The notes under the pieces were generated by a model that was not told the origin of the DNA, made no database searches, and saw only the letters and a list, made by a program, of their open reading frames with translations. The position numbers and the translations under genes are program-made. Positions 61,242 to 64,000 of a stretch of DNA of 64,000 nt are shown here, one piece after another (positions within the stretch are counted from its first letter, which is position 1; every line of letters starts with the position of its first letter). Origin of the DNA: a bacterium (GTDB taxonomy: Bacteria > Electryoneota > JAOADG01); NCBI GenBank assembly GCA_963681965.1, contig OY820579.1, positions 3,520,001 to 3,584,000 on the forward strand, given 5' to 3'.

Positions 61242-62417
61242 TTACCTTATTCCCAACACCTGATCGTTGTGTGCATTCAACCCGATACTCTTTTCCCCTT
61301 TCGCAATCGCCGCGAGATCTTTTCCGAGAAATTCCCAGCGCCACCCTTTCGTGAGCCGAACCGGTGGCATCGGATGTTCCGGATTCTCCACTCCCCACCG
61401 CGCAAATGCATCGAGTTCACTCCGGACAGCGAGCAGCGATCCCGCAATCATCGTTCGCTGCGAAATCACCTTCACCCACGATGCCAAGAGATCCGCCATG
61501 GCGACGGCTTCCCAACTCGGCGCGCGCGAACCTTCGTCGGGTGCGATAAAATCGGTACGGGTGAGACCCACCCGAATCGCATCGAGAATCTGCGCCACCA
61601 AATCCTGCGAAGCCCCTTTCCAACTGCGAACCCGGCTCAGTTCCGCTTCATTGCGAGGGATCGACCGGGCAAGCTGCACAATCATCCGATCGGAGATAAT
61701 ATATTCCCGGGGCTTGTTGTAGTGCCGTGCCACCCGTTCGCGAAGTGCCGATAATTCGCGCAACACGATGAGTTCCTTGCGCCGCAAACCACGCTTGTCG
61801 CCGACCCGCTGCCATGCGTCGTCGTCATTGCGTATGTAGACTTCCGTGCGGTGGGCGATTTGCGATTCTTCGAAAAACCAATCGCAGCGATTCGCAGTAA
61901 CTAACTGATCGTAGAGCCGATTGCGCAGCGACAACAAATCCAACACATCCATCGCCGCATACCGGCACTGCGCCTCGCTGAGCGGTCGAGCCGACCAATC
62001 GGTGTAGCGCTCCATCTTTTCGTGGGTTTTATCCAATTCATCGCGGAGCAATCGCGCAAGGGCGGGTTGATCGCCGTAACCCAGAAACGATGCGGCAAGT
62101 TGCGTGTCGAATACCGGTTTGAGGGTGATACCGTAGGTCTGATAAAAGACTTCCAGATCTTGTCGAGGCGAGTGAATGATCTTTTCGATCGAATCGTCCT
62201 GCAGCAGATTTTTCAGCGGAGTTATATCCAAATTAGCGAGCGGATCCAGTAACACCGGAGCTTCCAGCGTCTCGGCAAAGAGCTGCACCAAGCAGAGTTT
62301 GGGAAAATAAACCCCTTCACCGATAAACTCGGTGTCCAATCCGATATACTTCACTGTGCTGATCCGGTCGACCACTGACCGGAGCCCGGCATCGGTATCA
62401 ATCCAAAGGTAATTCAT
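61242..62417 (-). CDS. rnd: Ribonuclease D
   Basis: GLDTEF, HSPRQDL, FDTQLAA, TDWSARPL, YAAMD, HRDC domain and GWR tail. Confidence 0.93.
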   Translation of the reverse strand: MNYLWIDTDAGLRSVVDRISTVKYIGLDTEFIGEGVYFPKLCLVQLFAETLEAPVLLDPLANLDITPLKNLLQDDSIEKIIHSPRQDLEVFYQTYGITLKPVFDTQLAASFLGYGDQPALARLLRDELDKTHEKMERYTDWSARPLSEAQCRYAAMDVLDLLSLRNRLYDQLVTANRCDWFFEESQIAHRTEVYIRNDDDAWQRVGDKRGLRRKELIVLRELSALRERVARHYNKPREYIISDRMIVQLARSIPRNEAELSRVRSWKGASQDLVAQILDAIRVGLTRTDFIAPDEGSRAPSWEAVAMADLLASWVKVISQRTMIAGSLLAVRSELDAFARWGVENPEHPMPPVRLTKGWRWEFLGKDLAAIAKGEKSIGLNAHNDQVLGIR

Positions 62418-62620
62418 TGATCTTTAGTCCAAATCAAAATTCGGCTTGTAGAGCCGGTTAAATCTGTTTACTTTACCCGCTACTTGGCGAGATACTAAAA
62501 TGTATCGTTCGCGACAATGGTTTCCAATTGTTTCAGGTCGTATCATTCAGCGAATTGTAGAAATTTAGACCGATTCTACGATTTGTGCTAGTTCTCTAAC
62601 GTTCCTTCTCAAGGCAATCT

Positions 62621-63619
62621 ATGTTCCAACGCACTTTGAGTAAAAATATCTTCAGAAAAATCCACCTCCACTGGTTACTTCCGGTTCTTCCGGTGCTATT
62701 CCTGTTCACAATCGTCGGTTTTTGCTTTGCCGAAACTGCCCCGGCTGTTGCCGATACAGCCAATGTAACGGCACCCGCTGTTGCCGATACAGCCAAGGCA
62801 GCAGCACCTGCTGCCACTGAAGCAGCCAAGGCAGCGGCACCTACGACTTGGTTCAAAATGGAACGGCTCAACGTGGCGGTTTTTCTGATTATCATCTCAG
62901 TCCTCGTGCTTTCATTCCTGTTTATCGCGCGTAGCGGCAAACCACTGCATCTGCGGCGCATTGCCGGTCTGGACGCACTCGACGAAGCGATCGGTCGCTC
63001 GGCAGAACTTGGTAAACCGGTTCTGTTTGTGCCGGGTATCGGCGATGTCAGCAGTATTCAGACGATCGCGGCACTGGCAATTCTCGAGCGGGTCGCCAAA
63101 GAAACGGCAACCTACGACGTCGAACTCAATGTTATGACCAATTACCCGTTGGTCATGTCCACTGCACAGGAAACTGTCAAGCAAAGCTATACGGCAGCCG
63201 GACGCCCCGATCTGTTCAATCCGAACAACATCCGTTATGTCACCGACAATCAGTTCGCATTCGCTTCGGCAGTCGCCGGACACATGGTTCGCGAACAGAC
63301 GGCGGCGAATTTCCTGCTGGGTGAATTTTACGCCGAATCGCTGATCATATCCGAAGCGGGTAACTCGACGGGTGCCATTCAGATTGCCGGAACCGCGCAA
63401 CCGCACCAACTACCATTCTTTCTGGCATCGTGCGACTATACCCTGATGAGTGAAGAGCTGTTCGCTGCCAGTGCGTATCTGACCCGCGAACCGATCCTGC
63501 TCGGTACAATTCTCGGTCAGGACTGGTCGAAAGCGGTGTTTGCGGCGATCATGATCGGTGGTATCATCGCGGCTGTGATGGGCTACGAGGGCTATGTACA
63601 CTGGTTTGACGTCCAGTAA
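62621..63619 (+). CDS. DUF6754-like membrane protein
   Basis: Ala/Pro-rich linker (APAVADTA repeats), TM helix, LRRIAGLDALDEAIGR..E.G.P, FYAESL..EAG...GAIQIAGT, QLPFF...CDYTL..EELFAASAYL. Confidence 0.7.
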   Translation: MFQRTLSKNIFRKIHLHWLLPVLPVLFLFTIVGFCFAETAPAVADTANVTAPAVADTAKAAAPAATEAAKAAAPTTWFKMERLNVAVFLIIISVLVLSFLFIARSGKPLHLRRIAGLDALDEAIGRSAELGKPVLFVPGIGDVSSIQTIAALAILERVAKETATYDVELNVMTNYPLVMSTAQETVKQSYTAAGRPDLFNPNNIRYVTDNQFAFASAVAGHMVREQTAANFLLGEFYAESLIISEAGNSTGAIQIAGTAQPHQLPFFLASCDYTLMSEELFAASAYLTREPILLGTILGQDWSKAVFAAIMIGGIIAAVMGYEGYVHWFDVQ

Positions 63620-63684
63620 CGCGATCAATCGCTCGGTAATTCGTTTCCGATTCCTAATCTAACAGATAAAAATTACTGGTTCTT

Positions 63685-64000
63685 ATGAGAGATCTAATCG
63701 CTTTTGTTATATGCGGCATCACGGGTTTGATCACGCTGTTCGCATTTTTCATCAACTCACCCACTGCGACTGCGGTACAGGATGGTCTCGATAACTGGAT
63801 CATCATTATTAGCAGCTTCAGCTTTCTGATGGGTGGTCTCAGTGTGCTGTTCAATCATATCAGCCGCGTCAGCCAACGCTCGGAAGGGTGGGGTTTCAGT
63901 ATCGTACTGATCGTCTGCATGCTGAGTATGGCAGTCCTTGGGATCATCGACTATAGCCAATCCGGCATCTTCATGTGGCTGTTCAAGAATGTCCAGAACC
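63685..64000 (+). CDS. Partial polytopic membrane protein (runs off the window)
   Basis: Manual translation MRDLIAFVICGITGLITLFAFFINSP...W..II.SF..LMG..S...NH..R...WGFS is open to the end of the window. Confidence 0.75.
   Translation, partial: MRDLIAFVICGITGLITLFAFFINSPTATAVQDGLDNWIIIISSFSFLMGGLSVLFNHISRVSQRSEGWGFSIVLIVCMLSMAVLGIIDYSQSGIFMWLFKNVQN

Overview
This is a 64-kb bacterial chromosomal segment. The T9SS/FlgD-type YPNPFN C-terminal domains, sigma70-like promoters and DUF6754-like locus suggest an FCB-superphylum lineage outside Bacteroidetes (inference). Housekeeping content: glgP, a glgA-like gene, M29 aminopeptidase-pmbA-tldD, mreCD-mrdA-rodA with a displaced mreB, mscL, yebC, ddl, a heterodimeric ABC exporter, rnd and a probable partial hppD. 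Accessory content: a poly-gamma-glutamate operon (pgsB-pgsC-pgsW) followed by a secreted protein and an outer-membrane barrel, a GT2/flippase/deacetylase operon, three paralogous LVIVD beta-propeller surface proteins, an intact IS630 with TIRs and TA duplication, an NDT/TIR-like gene and a frameshifted B12 radical SAM gene. Best novelty candidates: (1) a tightly coupled five-gene operon of a cysteine desulfurase, two small unknown proteins and two atypical V4R-fold proteins; (2) an LVIVD propeller with near-identical 126-bp repeats that vary mainly in one loop; (3) intergenic mosaics of at least six different GTAG-REP hairpin families; (4) an IMPase-ADP-ribosylglycohydrolase fusion; (5) an apparently circularly permuted, catalytically altered GH114-like lipoprotein. 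No rRNA, tRNA or CRISPR array was recognised. All family calls come from reading motifs by eye, not from database searches.
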